Shown: in pieces, positions 1 through 11,534 of the stretch | How the letters are laid out: every line of letters starts with the position of its first letter | Numbering within the stretch: the stretch's first letter is position 1 | NCBI GenBank assembly: GCA_013265495.1 | Contig: MU059938.1 | Span: 3,385,656-3,449,655, forward strand | Source of the DNA: Vicugna vicugna | Taxonomy: Eukaryota | Direction of reading: 5' to 3' | Length of the DNA: 64,000 nucleotides | Program-made: the position numbers and the translations under genes | The notes under the pieces: generated by a model | The model's input: only the letters and a program-made list of their open reading frames with translations | Database searches by the model: none | Told to the model about the DNA's origin: nothing

Positions 1-3000
1 TTATTTGCTCTGGGGTTCTAATTACTTTGAAAACTACCAAAACTTTTTATATGATTGCTAACAGCACTCAATAGCAGCTTTGAGGGAAGCCGAACCAACC
101 TCTCTCTTTTTTTAAGCACCATTAACATGGGGGAAATAAGTAATAAATGACAAATACCAGAGGCACATATATAATACGTCATTATTATTTTCCTGCTCTG
201 TTGCCAGTTCAGGTCTCTCACGCTGGAAAAATGAAACCTAACACCAAACATGTCTTCCTGGTCATTTCTGAAATGAGGCCAACAAAACAGGGCCAGTGAG
301 GAACACTAAACATGGTATTGTTTTTCTGTACTATATTAGCAAATCCTGGTAGCTTCAATTTGGTCTCATTACATTTCCAATCTAGGCATGCATCAATTCA
401 TCTTCCTTTTCTCCCACAGTTAAGATTTATGCACTTTATTAATCACTTGGCGACAGTCATCTCAGCAGTTTCATTTAGCAGAGTAAACCAGTCAAACCCG
501 GTCAGACTTCTGCGGGTGTCACATGGCAAACTTTGGATTCCTGGCAACTTGAATTACTCTTGCCAATATGAGATTTTTTTTGGAGTGATCCATCTTAGGG
601 CCATCTAATATATCACATCTGCCTCTGCTCTTTGCCTAATTGATAGGTTGAAAGAGGGAGACACCCGCTAGATCCTGCAAATGTCTCCCTGAAGCAGCCT
701 GGGGATAGTGGTTCCTCGGCAGCGGCAGCTTTAAGTGGCAGGTAGTTTAATGTTCTGTTTTGCAAATGTAATTTGGACACTATGAGGGGAACTGTGTGGC
801 GTTCAGGGAGCCTACATTTTCCCAAGAGCTTTGACAGGCAGCAACAACCTCTCATCCAACCACTGCATGCCCAGGTGGTCAAAATGATGTTGCTGCCAGG
901 GGTGACGGACCAGTCAGTCACCATGGCTCCGTAGTTGACAGCAGCGCTAACCAGATCGAGGGGTTGCTGATGTTTTGTAAGCTGCTGTCACTGATTCTAA
1001 TTCTTGGTCGTGCTGTCTTTTTTATGTGTTACCAGTTTTCTGATGCCACCTCCACTCTCCCTAAAGTTCTGAAAGGACACAGTTCTAAACATACTTAGTA
1101 TGGACTCAAATAATATTCACATACTCTTTACGAAGTCCCTAACAGCACATGAGTTACTGGCCGCTTGCTCTGAGATACAGAGAGGATAGAGGTGGATTCC
1201 AAATGTAGCGATAATGAGACAGAAGTAATTGTAACACAATTATTCACTGAAGAGAGATGTCATCTGAGCTTTTCGAGGTCTTGCCTGTTCATCTGATCAA
1301 ACAGAAGTGTTTGTAGGGGGCACTTTTTTATACTAAAGGACTCAAATAAGAGAGATTCAATGACTTGAAAGCTCTTCCAATGGATCAGCTAAGTAGAAAT
1401 TACGGCCCTTATATAAAAGCATGCCCCATGAGACCCAAAATAAAAAGCAACCAATTATGAGAAGGCAAGATGAAAAATCGAGAGACCTCTATTTCAGTCC
1501 TGACCATACAGTAAACTATACAGTCTTAGGCTGAGCCATTAAACCTGCCATACAGCGGAGGGGCTGGAACAGACAGAAGGTTCCAATCAGTGGCCCTCAA
1601 AAGTGGCAGTGGCTTCCTTATTCTGTTTTTGCTTTTTAGAAAAAAGCCTAACAGAGATCATACATTACCCATGAAAAGAGCATGTGGGAAAATCAAAACG
1701 TCACATTTATTTGCATTTTGTTCAAAGTATATTAACTGAAAGAGGCAACACTCGTCATTCCATGCTAACACAATACTCTAACTGGAAGTTGGTTTTTACT
1801 CAAGTTTAATCAAGTTAGTTGCTCCTTAAGAAGTGCAAATGGTAAAGGGAATCTTTCAAAACATAAAATGCAGAGGGAAAAATAAGTTTTAAATGGGAAC
1901 TTGGTGGTGGCCAGTTTAGAAATAAATGGTTTCACAAAAATCCCTTCCCGCTCAGGATTTCTATTGCTACAAATCTGCAGCAAATTAAAAAAAAAAAAAT
2001 TTTTTTTTTTTTTAGTTCTTTCCTGGTGTCTTTCAAGTTTCAGCACAGAAGAATTTTTATTTACTAACTCTGTGGCTTTATAACTCCTTTCCCCTTCCAT
2101 TCTGTGTATACCTGCGGTGGGAGCCTTTTAACCAAACCTCACAATTTTCTTGGCTTACACACTCCTCGCTTCACTGGCCTAATTATTTTAATAAGCGGCT
2201 TAACTGAAATGCTAGCTTACATTTATATTTCAATTTAATTGCATACAGCTCCTAGTACCATGAAAACCTTGGAAGTCTTTTCTATTCATGACTATTTCAC
2301 TGTATCTAGCTGTTAGGGACACTAACACATAAACTTTATGTGTACATATTTTCTTTCTTTTTTCTCTTTTCTCTCTCTCTCTCTCTCTTTTTCAGATTAA
2401 CAATGCAAAGAAAAGACCCCAAAGTTCTCTCATTCTGGCTGTCTAGATGAAGAGAGAGTTGCCATCCAGGCCGGCGGGAGAGCCTAGACCTGGCCGGTGG
2501 AAATAAACAGCCAGCAGCATTCCTTGGGTCAGCCATGCAGCTCGGGGCGCTTGGGTTTTCCCACTCTATTTATTCCAGTCAGTTAGCAGTTTTCTTAAAC
2601 ACGGACAAAACAGGAAGTGGAAAAAAGAATGACATGGAAAGTCACTTACTAATCATAGTCCCTGGGGGATGGAAAACAGCATCCCCGTCATGGTCGAATT
2701 ATTCTTCGGTATCTTTAATGAAACCAAATCAGGAGAGTTTCCAGAGTCCAGCTGATTTTTCAGAGGCCTGATTTCCACGTGTCTTTGGTTCTGAAAGGAA
2801 ATATTTGCTAACTTCCTGAAGTCTCCTGATTATTATCCATTATCATTTAGTTCCTGGAAAAATCTTTTGTCATTTTTCTAACGTGGTAGGACAAATCTAG
2901 AGGAAAACAAAATCTATATAAACTGTCATGCGTTTTGCTTGTTTGAAACCACAACGGCGTGACTTGAGAATTTGGTTTCGGGAGAACACAGAGCAGCTGG

Positions 3001-3684
3001 CTCTTTGGTGACAACTTGGTGGGCACATAGCAACAGATTCTAAGTATGATCCTCCTTTAGTGGGCAAATGTGAACAGACGCGTCTCTTTGCATCCGTGCT
3101 TCTGCATGTGGGTCCATAAAAGAAGAAAAATGCTACAGAGTGATGCTTCAGAAACCGAATTCTATTGCCTACTATAAACTGCAGCCAACCAGAATCGGGA
3201 GATTTTGGTAACTCTAATAAAACACATTCTGGAATCCTTGGCTCAAAAGCTGTATTTACAGATTCACAGGAAAAAAAACCCAGCAAGAATACAATAATTG
3301 CTAATTCTGTTCTGTACTACGAGGAGGCCAGGCTAGACTTTAATCTTCACTCCAGTAAGAAAACACAAACAGCAAACCCTTGCAAATTTGGCATTATTTC
3401 ACTTTAATTCTGCAGGGTCTGAAACTCAGAAACGTTATGCAGTTTCCCCGCTGACTGTTTTCCAGGTACTTTACGGGTTTTTCCAGACCCGTTCCCCTCA
3501 CTTTACACAGGAGATGCTGCAATTCAGCCCCAAGGTATTTAGACAAGGTGAAATAGTGAGTCTGCAATGTTAAGGCTAAGGATTTGTACACAGTCAACTC
3601 TGATGACTCATGGTAACCGAAGAGGATGTTACTTGGACGGGTAGCTTCTTGTGGGCCAGAAAAATGTCTGCGTCACTCACCTCA

Positions 3685-3730
3685 GTGGTGGCACAGACTA
3701 GGCATTTAATCAATGCTTGTGAATGAAAGG
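3685..3730 (+). mobile_element. L2 3' tail fragment
   Basis: gtggcacagactaggcatttaatcaatgcttgtgaatgaa resembles the L2 3' terminus (gcacatagtaggcgctcaataaat...gaatgaa). Confidence 0.55.
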
Positions 3731-3991
3731 GCAATATATAAAACTGAAAACAGAAAATATGTAAGTCAATTTATATTTGGTTTTGAAATATGTGTTCTCC
3801 TTAGCAGATTTATCTTCTTTAGGATTGCCATGGCCTGTTCGCTTTTTTCCTTTCCTTCCCTTTCTTTCTTTTTTATTATTTATTTTTTCACTTTGGTGAA
3901 AATCAGAGCCAGATGTGTGCTGCTAGAAGCCAGATGAAGACGTGAAATGCAAAACACCCCCAATGTGTAGTCAGATCATAGGTCCCAACTC

Positions 3992-4014
3992 TGTGTGTGT
4001 GTGTGTGTGTGTGT
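3992..4014. repeat. (TG)n microsatellite at the SINE 3' end
   Basis: Perfect TG run directly adjoining the minus-strand SINE tail. Confidence 0.95.
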
Positions 4015-4132
4015 ATAATTAGGTTTATTTATGTATTTATGTATATTATTTATTTATGTTAATGGCAGTACTGGGAATTGAACCCAGGACCCTGGGTTCA
4101 TGCGTTATACCAACTGAGCTACATCCTCCCCC
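4015..4132 (-). mobile_element. tRNA-derived SINE, vic-1-like (camelid)
   Basis: Reverse complement has A box TAGCTCAGTTGG, B box GGGTTCAATTCC and tail aaataaacctaatta shared with the other copies. Confidence 0.85.
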
Positions 4133-4229
4133 TCCAGCTGTGATATTTTCTACCTATAGGGCTCAAAGCCTGTTCCTCCGAGCAATCCCAGCCCCCTTCA
4201 CACCCACTTTGGGCACATTTGGGTTTCCA

Positions 4230-4760
4230 CGCTGGGTGGGATGCGGGAGAGGGGAAGGGGCACGGGATGCCAGTGGGAGAAATGATGTGCCCCTCGCTCC
4301 ATCTCCAGACACCAGCCAGCACTACGGACTATTCTCTCAGTCGATCTCCTTGGCATTGAAGGCGCATCTCAAAGCTGGTAATAAACCACACCGAAGCAAG
4401 AGCCGGCACAGCCGACTCCGCTGAACAGAACCGGCCCCCAGTGTGGGGCATCCGTGCTGCTCAGTCTGCTGTCGTGTCAGACACGTCTGCCTGCCAGGTT
4501 TAGGTCGGGGAGACGCTCGCTCGGCAACGAGGCGTGAGCTGACTCTCGGGGACACGAGCAGAGCCTGCTGTGCAACGTCGGAGAGAAAAGCTCTTCCTTC
4601 CAGACTGACAGCCAGCAATGCCATTTTCTTGTTCGATGAGTGCAAATCTTTTCATTTCTACCCCAAAGCGCGGGAGCCTGGCTATACATTTTGACTCTCC
4701 CCTGAGCTGAGCAGGCTGAAAAGACTGACACGGGTTTAAACAGACACCATCAACTTTGGC
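4230..4760. promoter_or_regulatory. Small CpG-rich island-like patch
   Basis: 21 CpG by hand count in 4381-4680, against a CpG-depleted background; no repeat recognised. Confidence 0.45.
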
Positions 4761-6029
4761 AGGCGCTGTCGTCTGCAAATGGAACATAAAGTTAATTGTT
4801 TCCCTAGCGGAAAAAGAGATTCAGGGGCTTTCTTTGCTGGTAGAGCTGGGCGTGCTTCAGGCACCCTGAAGCTTGGCTGAAATTACCAGTAGTTACATGT
4901 CAGGAGGGCCTGTTTCTGAAAGGTTTTTTCCAATGTGACATTAATAATTTATGACCAGGCCAGTACACAAAACCGCATTTGTAAGAGGGACCAAGAGGTA
5001 AGATAAACAGGAATTTAAACTCTTCATAAAAGCAGGATAAAAAAGAGCCCCCCCTCAAATCACTTGTGGGTAATATGTGGAGTATAAATATCATCTTGTA
5101 TCTAGCAGCAATAATCAGAAAAAAAAAGAATCATTTAGGATCACGAAATAAAAGGGGACACTTTGTCTTTCTCCTCTGATCTGCTCTACGAGCATCTGGT
5201 TGGGCCTGAGTATATTAAATCTCATTAAAGATCGCTGTTACAATTGTTGAGACTCATCTAGATAAGGAAGGCTGGGGTGCATTCTACTCTATCTTGCGTG
5301 TTGTCAACAGAACTGTCAGTAAAGTCTAAAATGCAGGAGCTTTGCTATATAATTACGTGAGAGAGAAAGAGGGAGAACCCAGTTTTAGTTTGTAGTTTTG
5401 GCAGCTGGAAGAGAGAAAACAGACTTTTCCCTCCTTTACTTGAAAATTGGGAAAACTGGGCATACAAGTCATCTAGACCCAAAAGAAATGGAGTTTGTCT
5501 ACGTCAATTTTTGGCATATTGATTCACTTCAACTTCACCATCATTTAGATACAACATAACATGAAATAAAAAGAGAACTGGATTCCTCTGATCAGGTGAA
5601 TTACAAGGTCAGAGATCTAAATGATTGCTTATTGTTGGAGCAGCAAATTATTAGTGAAAGGGTATTTTTATTTTTGCATTCATTTAATCTCTGTATATAC
5701 TTTTCTAATAGCTATCAGAAAAAATGCTGTGATGCAAATAGATGTTGTAATTCAATATATATAGATTACGTTTTTCATCACACTAAATCTTAGAGATGCT
5801 CTGAAGCTCTGAAATAACCAACACTCCACTTGTTGGAGAATAAAACCATGTCCAAACTGCACAATTAAATCCCAAATATCAATGGCTAACAAAGACAGCA
5901 TAATCCCACATAAGGAAGTATCAGATGCTAGAAACTCAATTTTATATTGTAAATCCACAGCAATTTTTATTAAGTAAAAACCTAAGTAAGAAAATATCTG
6001 TAGAATCTTAGCATTCAAAGGACTGCTTA

Positions 6030-6290
6030 CTACTAATAATGGTAACCCCAGCTGTCATTTATGGAGCATTTACCAAGAAGTTCACACTGGAATGGGCACC
6101 AAGGGGGTCCTATCGAAATGGAAGACCAAGTCCTGGCTCTTAATGAATTCAAAATACAGGTAATAAAAGGAAAGAAAAGGGAAAAAATGATCATAACTGA
6201 GCATTTCTTATGGGCCAGAGATTAAGCAAACAGTTTACACATGCATGTTTTATACACACAATAAACCGACCAGGTAGGTGCTACCAAGCC
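6030..6290 (-). mobile_element. L2/MIR-type fragment
   Basis: catttatggagcatttacc...gtcctggctcttaatgaattcaaaatacagg resembles the antisense L2 3' region. Confidence 0.4.
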
Positions 6291-6624
6291 CTTATTGCTG
6301 GTAAGGGTCAGTGTGTCTCTTCCTCATCACACAGCAAAGAGCTACGAAGACCTTATTTCCAGCTTCATCTCTCAACTGCCCCCCCCAACATTCTGGCACT
6401 CGTTTTTTTCTCTGTTTTTCCAATGCACGGCGCTCTTATTTTCTGTCTTTGAACTTGTGTTCAAAATGCTCTCTCAGCCTTCATACACAGCTGAAATACT
6501 CCTTCCTCAGAGAAGAAAGCCATCCTTGAACACTCAGGCCATGTAAGCCTGTTACATGGCTGGCAGTTAACAAAAATCTCTAATTCCCTATTTACTTGTA
6601 GGAACTTCTGATTAATGCATTTCT

Positions 6625-6708
6625 CTCTCCTTAGACTGTAAATTCCCCTATGGCACAGCCTTCGTGTTACACTTCTCCTGTATCTCCAGCATTCATCCAA
6701 GTGCAAAG
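6625..6708 (+). mobile_element. L2 3' end, left part (interrupted by L1; continues 10620-10680)
   Basis: ttagactgtaaattcc...tgtatctccagca...aagtgca on the left joins aagtgcagagtacatagtaggtacttaataaa...gtgaatga on the right. Confidence 0.7.
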
Positions 6709-9700
6709 CAGGACTGATATCAGCAACATGGCAGGCATGGAGGTCCCAATGCTCCTCTCCCCAACAGAAACAATACAGAAACAACCAGAAACTGATGAAA
6801 ACAGTCCTGGGAAATATAAGGACAATAACAAAGAAGAAGAAAAGCCCCCGCAGAGCTCAAAAACCAAGGAAGGCTGCAGAGAAAAGCACACAACATCTTT
6901 TACCTGCATCATCCCATTCCCCAGTTCAGAGCAGCTTGGCACTAGGAGGGATCCTCTTGGAGAGATTTCATGCAACAAGGAAAAGAACAGGAGAACCACA
7001 GGAATTCTGTCACCACCGTGGACATCTGAAGTCTTTGTGACCGAGGACCACCACAGTCTTCACCAATGCTGACACAGCTAATGGAGCTGCCCGGGGTCCC
7101 TGCTGCCACATCTCCTCCCCAGGACTGGAGCTATCACTGAGGGAAGATCTGCTCTAAGGGCTTGAGTCACTGTTGTCCCTGTCCTATCCATGATTGGGAT
7201 CCTTGAGTACCTCACCATCTATGAGGACCAGAGCTTCTGCTGCACGGTGCCTTGCCCCTGGGATCTGGCACTGGGGCTTTGACCTGCTGTCATCTGGCTG
7301 TGCGGCTGTGGCTCTGAGTCCCATGTCCTGGGGCCTGAGTCAGGACTTAGACCTGCCATCCCTGAGGGGCTTAGGCTACCACTGTGTCCTGTCATCTCTG
7401 GGTTTGTGCTGCTGCCGTGTACCATGCCACCTCCCCTGGGCCCAAGTCACTGTATGAGCCCCAAAACTCAGTCCTCAGTTCTGTGGGTAACATGCACATG
7501 CCCACAATGCAGATGCCAACATCGCCACTGCAGCAAGGACACCTGTGCTTCAGGCCCCAGGAACCATGGTGATTCCACGTGCCCCTGAACACAGGACCCC
7601 AGCTATGCTGCCATTCTGAGTGCCAGACTTAGTGCCAAGGGGGATTTCCTCAGTTAGAACTCCCTCCCACGGGGAAAAAGGAGAACAGGAGGACCCTAAC
7701 AGCCTTTGACACTGAGGGCCTCAGAAGCCACACCTCCCACTGCAAACATATGTACCTGAAGGGTGCCCACAGCCTAAGACACAAAGGACCCCCAAAGTCC
7801 TTGCCAAAATTAACTTCAGTTGACGAAGCTTCATGGAGACTATACCTCTGCATCATCCCTGGAAGCAGAGACACCATACCCTACCTGGCCAGTGCCCTCA
7901 TGGCCACCTTCAGGTGAAATCTTCCTGTACTGAAGACAGTCTAAGCAGTCTGGAAGAGGTGATGGCTTCTTCAAATGGCCAGTCATCAATGAAAAGCCAC
8001 AGGAAACATGAAACAGCAAGGAAACATAACGCCACCAAAGGAACACAACAATTTTCTAGAAACTGACCTCAAAGAAATGGAGATTTGTGAATTACCTCAA
8101 AAAGAATTTAAAATGATTATTTTAAGGAAGCTCAATTAGGTTCAAGAGAACCCAGACAATTCAATGAACTCAGGAAAACAATGCACGAACAAAATGAGAA
8201 ACTCAACAAAGAGAAAGAAATCATAAAAAAGAGCCAAACAAATTCTGACGCTGAAAAACATGACAAATGAATTTTTTAAAAATTCAATAGAGAGCTTCAA
8301 CAAGAGGCTGTGTCACCCAGAAGAAAGAACGTGTGAACTTCAAGACAGATCTCTCAAAATTATCCAATTAGAAGAAAAGAAAGAAATAAAAATGATAAAG
8401 AATGAAGGAAGCCTGCATGAATTATGTGATACCATCAAGTAAAACAGTATTCATATTATGGGAGTCTCAGAAAGAGAAGATAGAGAGAAAGGGGCAGAAA
8501 GCTTATTTTTAAAAAAATAATGCCTTAACACTTCCTAAATCTGGGAAGAGATATGAACATACAGGTACATAAAGTTCAAAGTTCCCCAAATAGATTCATC
8601 ACAAAGAAATGTTCACCAAAACACACTATAATCAAACTTTCAAAAAAAGACAAAGATAATTTTGAAAGCAGCAAAAAAATGAAAAAGACTCATCACATAC
8701 AAGGGAAAAGCAATATTTTCAGCAGATTTTTCAGTAGAAACTGCAAATCAGAAGAGAGTGGGATAATATATTCAAAGTACTCAAAGAAGAAAAAAAAGCA
8801 ACCAAATTTACATCACCTGGAAAAGTCCTTCAGAAACAAATGAGGGATTTGAAAAAAAAAAAAGGAAAAGAAAAAGAAAAGCTGAGAGAATTCAACACTA
8901 GACCTGCCTTACAAGAAGTGCTTAAGGGAGCTTCTCAAGCTGAAAGGATGCTAATTAGTAATAAGAAAACATGTGAAAAAAGTATACAATTCACCAGTGA
9001 AGGGAAATAGTCAAATTCAAAATACTTCAGTACCATAAGGGTGGTGAATAAGTCACTTTGGACTTTAATATAAAGGTTAAAAGGCACATGGTGTTGGGAA
9101 AACTGGCTATCTACATGCAAAACATGAAACTGGACCCCTATCTTACACCACTCACAAAAATTCATATGAAATAGATAAAGGACTTAAGATCAAAAATCAT
9201 AAACTCCTAAAAGAAAACATAGGGAAAAAGTTCCTTCACATTGGTCTTGGTGATGATTTTTTGGGATAAGACTCAAAAGGCAAAAACAACAAAAGCTGAA
9301 ATAAAAAAGTAGGACTACATCAAATTAAAAAGTTTCTCCACAACACAGAAAACAATCAATGAATTGAAAAGAAAACCTATGGAATGGTAGAAAATATCTG
9401 CTAATTATATATCTGATAAGGGGTTAATATCCGAAATATATAAGGAACTCATACAATTCAACAGCAAAAAACAAATAGGCTAATTAAAAAATGCACAATG
9501 GACCTGAACAGATATTTTTTGCAAAGAAGACATATAAATGGTCAAAAGTACATTAAAATTGTGCTTGATATCACTAATAATCAGGGAAATGCAAATCAAA
9601 ACCACAATGAAGTATCATCTTCCACCTGTCAGAATAGCTATTATCAAAAAGACAAGAGATCCCAAGTGTTGGCAAGAATATGCGGGAAAGGGAACCCAGG

Positions 9701-10619
9701 GCACTGTTGGTGAGAATGTAAATTAGGACACCTGTTATGCAAAACAGCCTGGGGAGGGGTTCCTCAAAAAATTTCAAATAGAACTAGCAAATGATCCAGC
9801 AATCCCACTCTTGGGAATACATCTGAAAGAAATAAAATCAGTATTTTGAAGAGATATCTGTACTCCATGTTCATTTCAGAATAATTCACAATAGCCAAGA
9901 CACGGACGCAACCCAAGTGTCTGCTAATGGATGCATGGATAAAGAAAACATTTTTATACATATATATATATACACACACATATATATATACACACACACA
10001 TATATATATGTTAAGCAGACAAATGAATTAAACATAAGATCAAAAATCATAAATTCCTAAAAGAAAACATAAGGAAAAAGTTCCTTCACGTTGTATACAC
10101 ACACAAACACAGACACAAATACAAAGGGATATTATTCAACCATAAGAAAGAAGGAAATCTTGCTAGTTGTGACAACATGGGTAAACCTGGAGGGCATAAT
10201 ACTAAGAGAAATAAGATAGAGAAAAATAAGTACTACATGGTATCACTTATGTGGAATCTAAAACAAAGTCGAACTCATACAAACAGGGAGTAGACAAGTG
10301 GTTGCCAGGGGTTGGGACATGGGGAGATGTAGATCAAAGGGTACAAACTTTCAGCTGTAACATGAATAATTTCTGAGGATCACAGCATGGTGATTATAGT
10401 TAATAATACTGTACTATATAGTTGAAATTTGCTGAGACTAGATCTTAAGCATTCTCACCACACACACAAACACACACAGGGTTAACCATTCGAGATGGAA
10501 TGGATGTGCTAATTATCTTGATCTTGGTAATCACTTCACAATGTATATCAAATCATCAGGTACACTTTAAATATACACAACTATATTTATAATTATTTCT
10601 CAAGTAAGCTGGAGGAAAA
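6709..10619 (+). mobile_element. Old L1 (L1MA/L1MB-like): 5'UTR, decayed ORF1, inter-ORF, ORF2 C-terminus, 3'UTR; EN/RT region missing
   Basis: ORF1 remnants 8040-8930 (ORF track 8260..8442, 8553..8843). ORF2 C-terminal motifs WCWENW-like at ~9087 and EMQIKTTMKYHLPPVRIAIIKK (9538..9726). L1MA-type 3'UTR. TSD AAGTGCAAAG 6699-6708 vs AAGTGCAGAG 10620-10629. Confidence 0.9.
9955..10010. repeat. Compound (TA)n(CA)n microsatellite in L1 3'UTR
   Basis: tatacatatatatatatacacacacatatatatatacacacacacatatatatatg. Confidence 0.9.
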
Positions 10620-10834
10620 AAGTGCAGAGTACATAGTAGGTACTTAATAAAAACTGATGGAGTGAATGACATAACAGTGACTCCCTGTCAGAGCCAAGGT
10701 TAGAACTGAAGCTTGTCCTTTTTGTCAATGCCATTTGACCTCTACGGTGTATTTGTCACCTGTATTATTCAAAAGCATTTGCCATGTTGTGTTATTTTAC
10801 AAAACAAAGCTTGGGTCTTGATGCCCAATTGTGA

Positions 10835-11000
10835 AGTGTTGGTTTGTTCATTCATTCATTAATATTTTCATCATGCACTCATGTACTCAATGTTTGTTGA
10901 CCGCCTAGTCTGTGTAAGGAACTCTTCTAGGTGTCTGCAATACAACGATGAATAAAATAGACAAAAATCCTTTGGATGAATGACATTCCAGTAAAAAATT
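10835..11000 (-). mobile_element. L2 3' end
   Basis: ttcattcattcatt...caatgtttgttgaccgcctagtctgtg...gaataaaatagacaaaaatcc. Confidence 0.65.
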
Positions 11001-11534
11001 ATGCTTCGTCCACAATCTTGATCCAATTTCTAAGTGTCTGCTACGTATAAGGCTGTGTGTAGAAGGCTGCATGACAGATTGACATGCAGGCTAATGGACA
11101 ACTTATAATTTATATAAATATATTGAATATGAAGTCTATGAAATAATGAGGTGGATGCAGTGAGGAGCCTTCCACAACAGATACAGTCAAATGACTGGTG
11201 CTTTTCAACTACCACGTATTTATTCTGCTCACATTCTCGTGGCTTCTCAGGTAACTGGAACGCCTTTTGACAGTTCTTGTCATGGATGGTTTAGGAACCA
11301 CAAAAGAAAACTGAGGTTATCACCATGCAGTTGCTCTGAAATTTGTCCCTAACTTGATATAACTGATCCTAAGAATATCTAAAAAAAATGTAACTCGGAC
11401 TCTGATGGTCATTTTAAAAAGAAGAGCTGCCCAAACGTCTAAGCCATGGCCATGTCACTGGTGTAAGGATATCATCTTCTGAAGCTACAGAACAGCATCC
11501 GTTGAAAGTACAGGCTTTGGCATGTTCATTTAAA

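Noticed and set aside
1669-1735. Further splice-site pairs (1669-1735 minus, 647-741 plus, ~14418-14475 minus)
   Set aside because: Weaker sites and no recognisable coding content; within chance expectation for 64 kb.
6650-7072. 140-aa plus-strand ORF
   Set aside because: Spans the L2 tail/L1 5'UTR junction; no protein similarity recognised.
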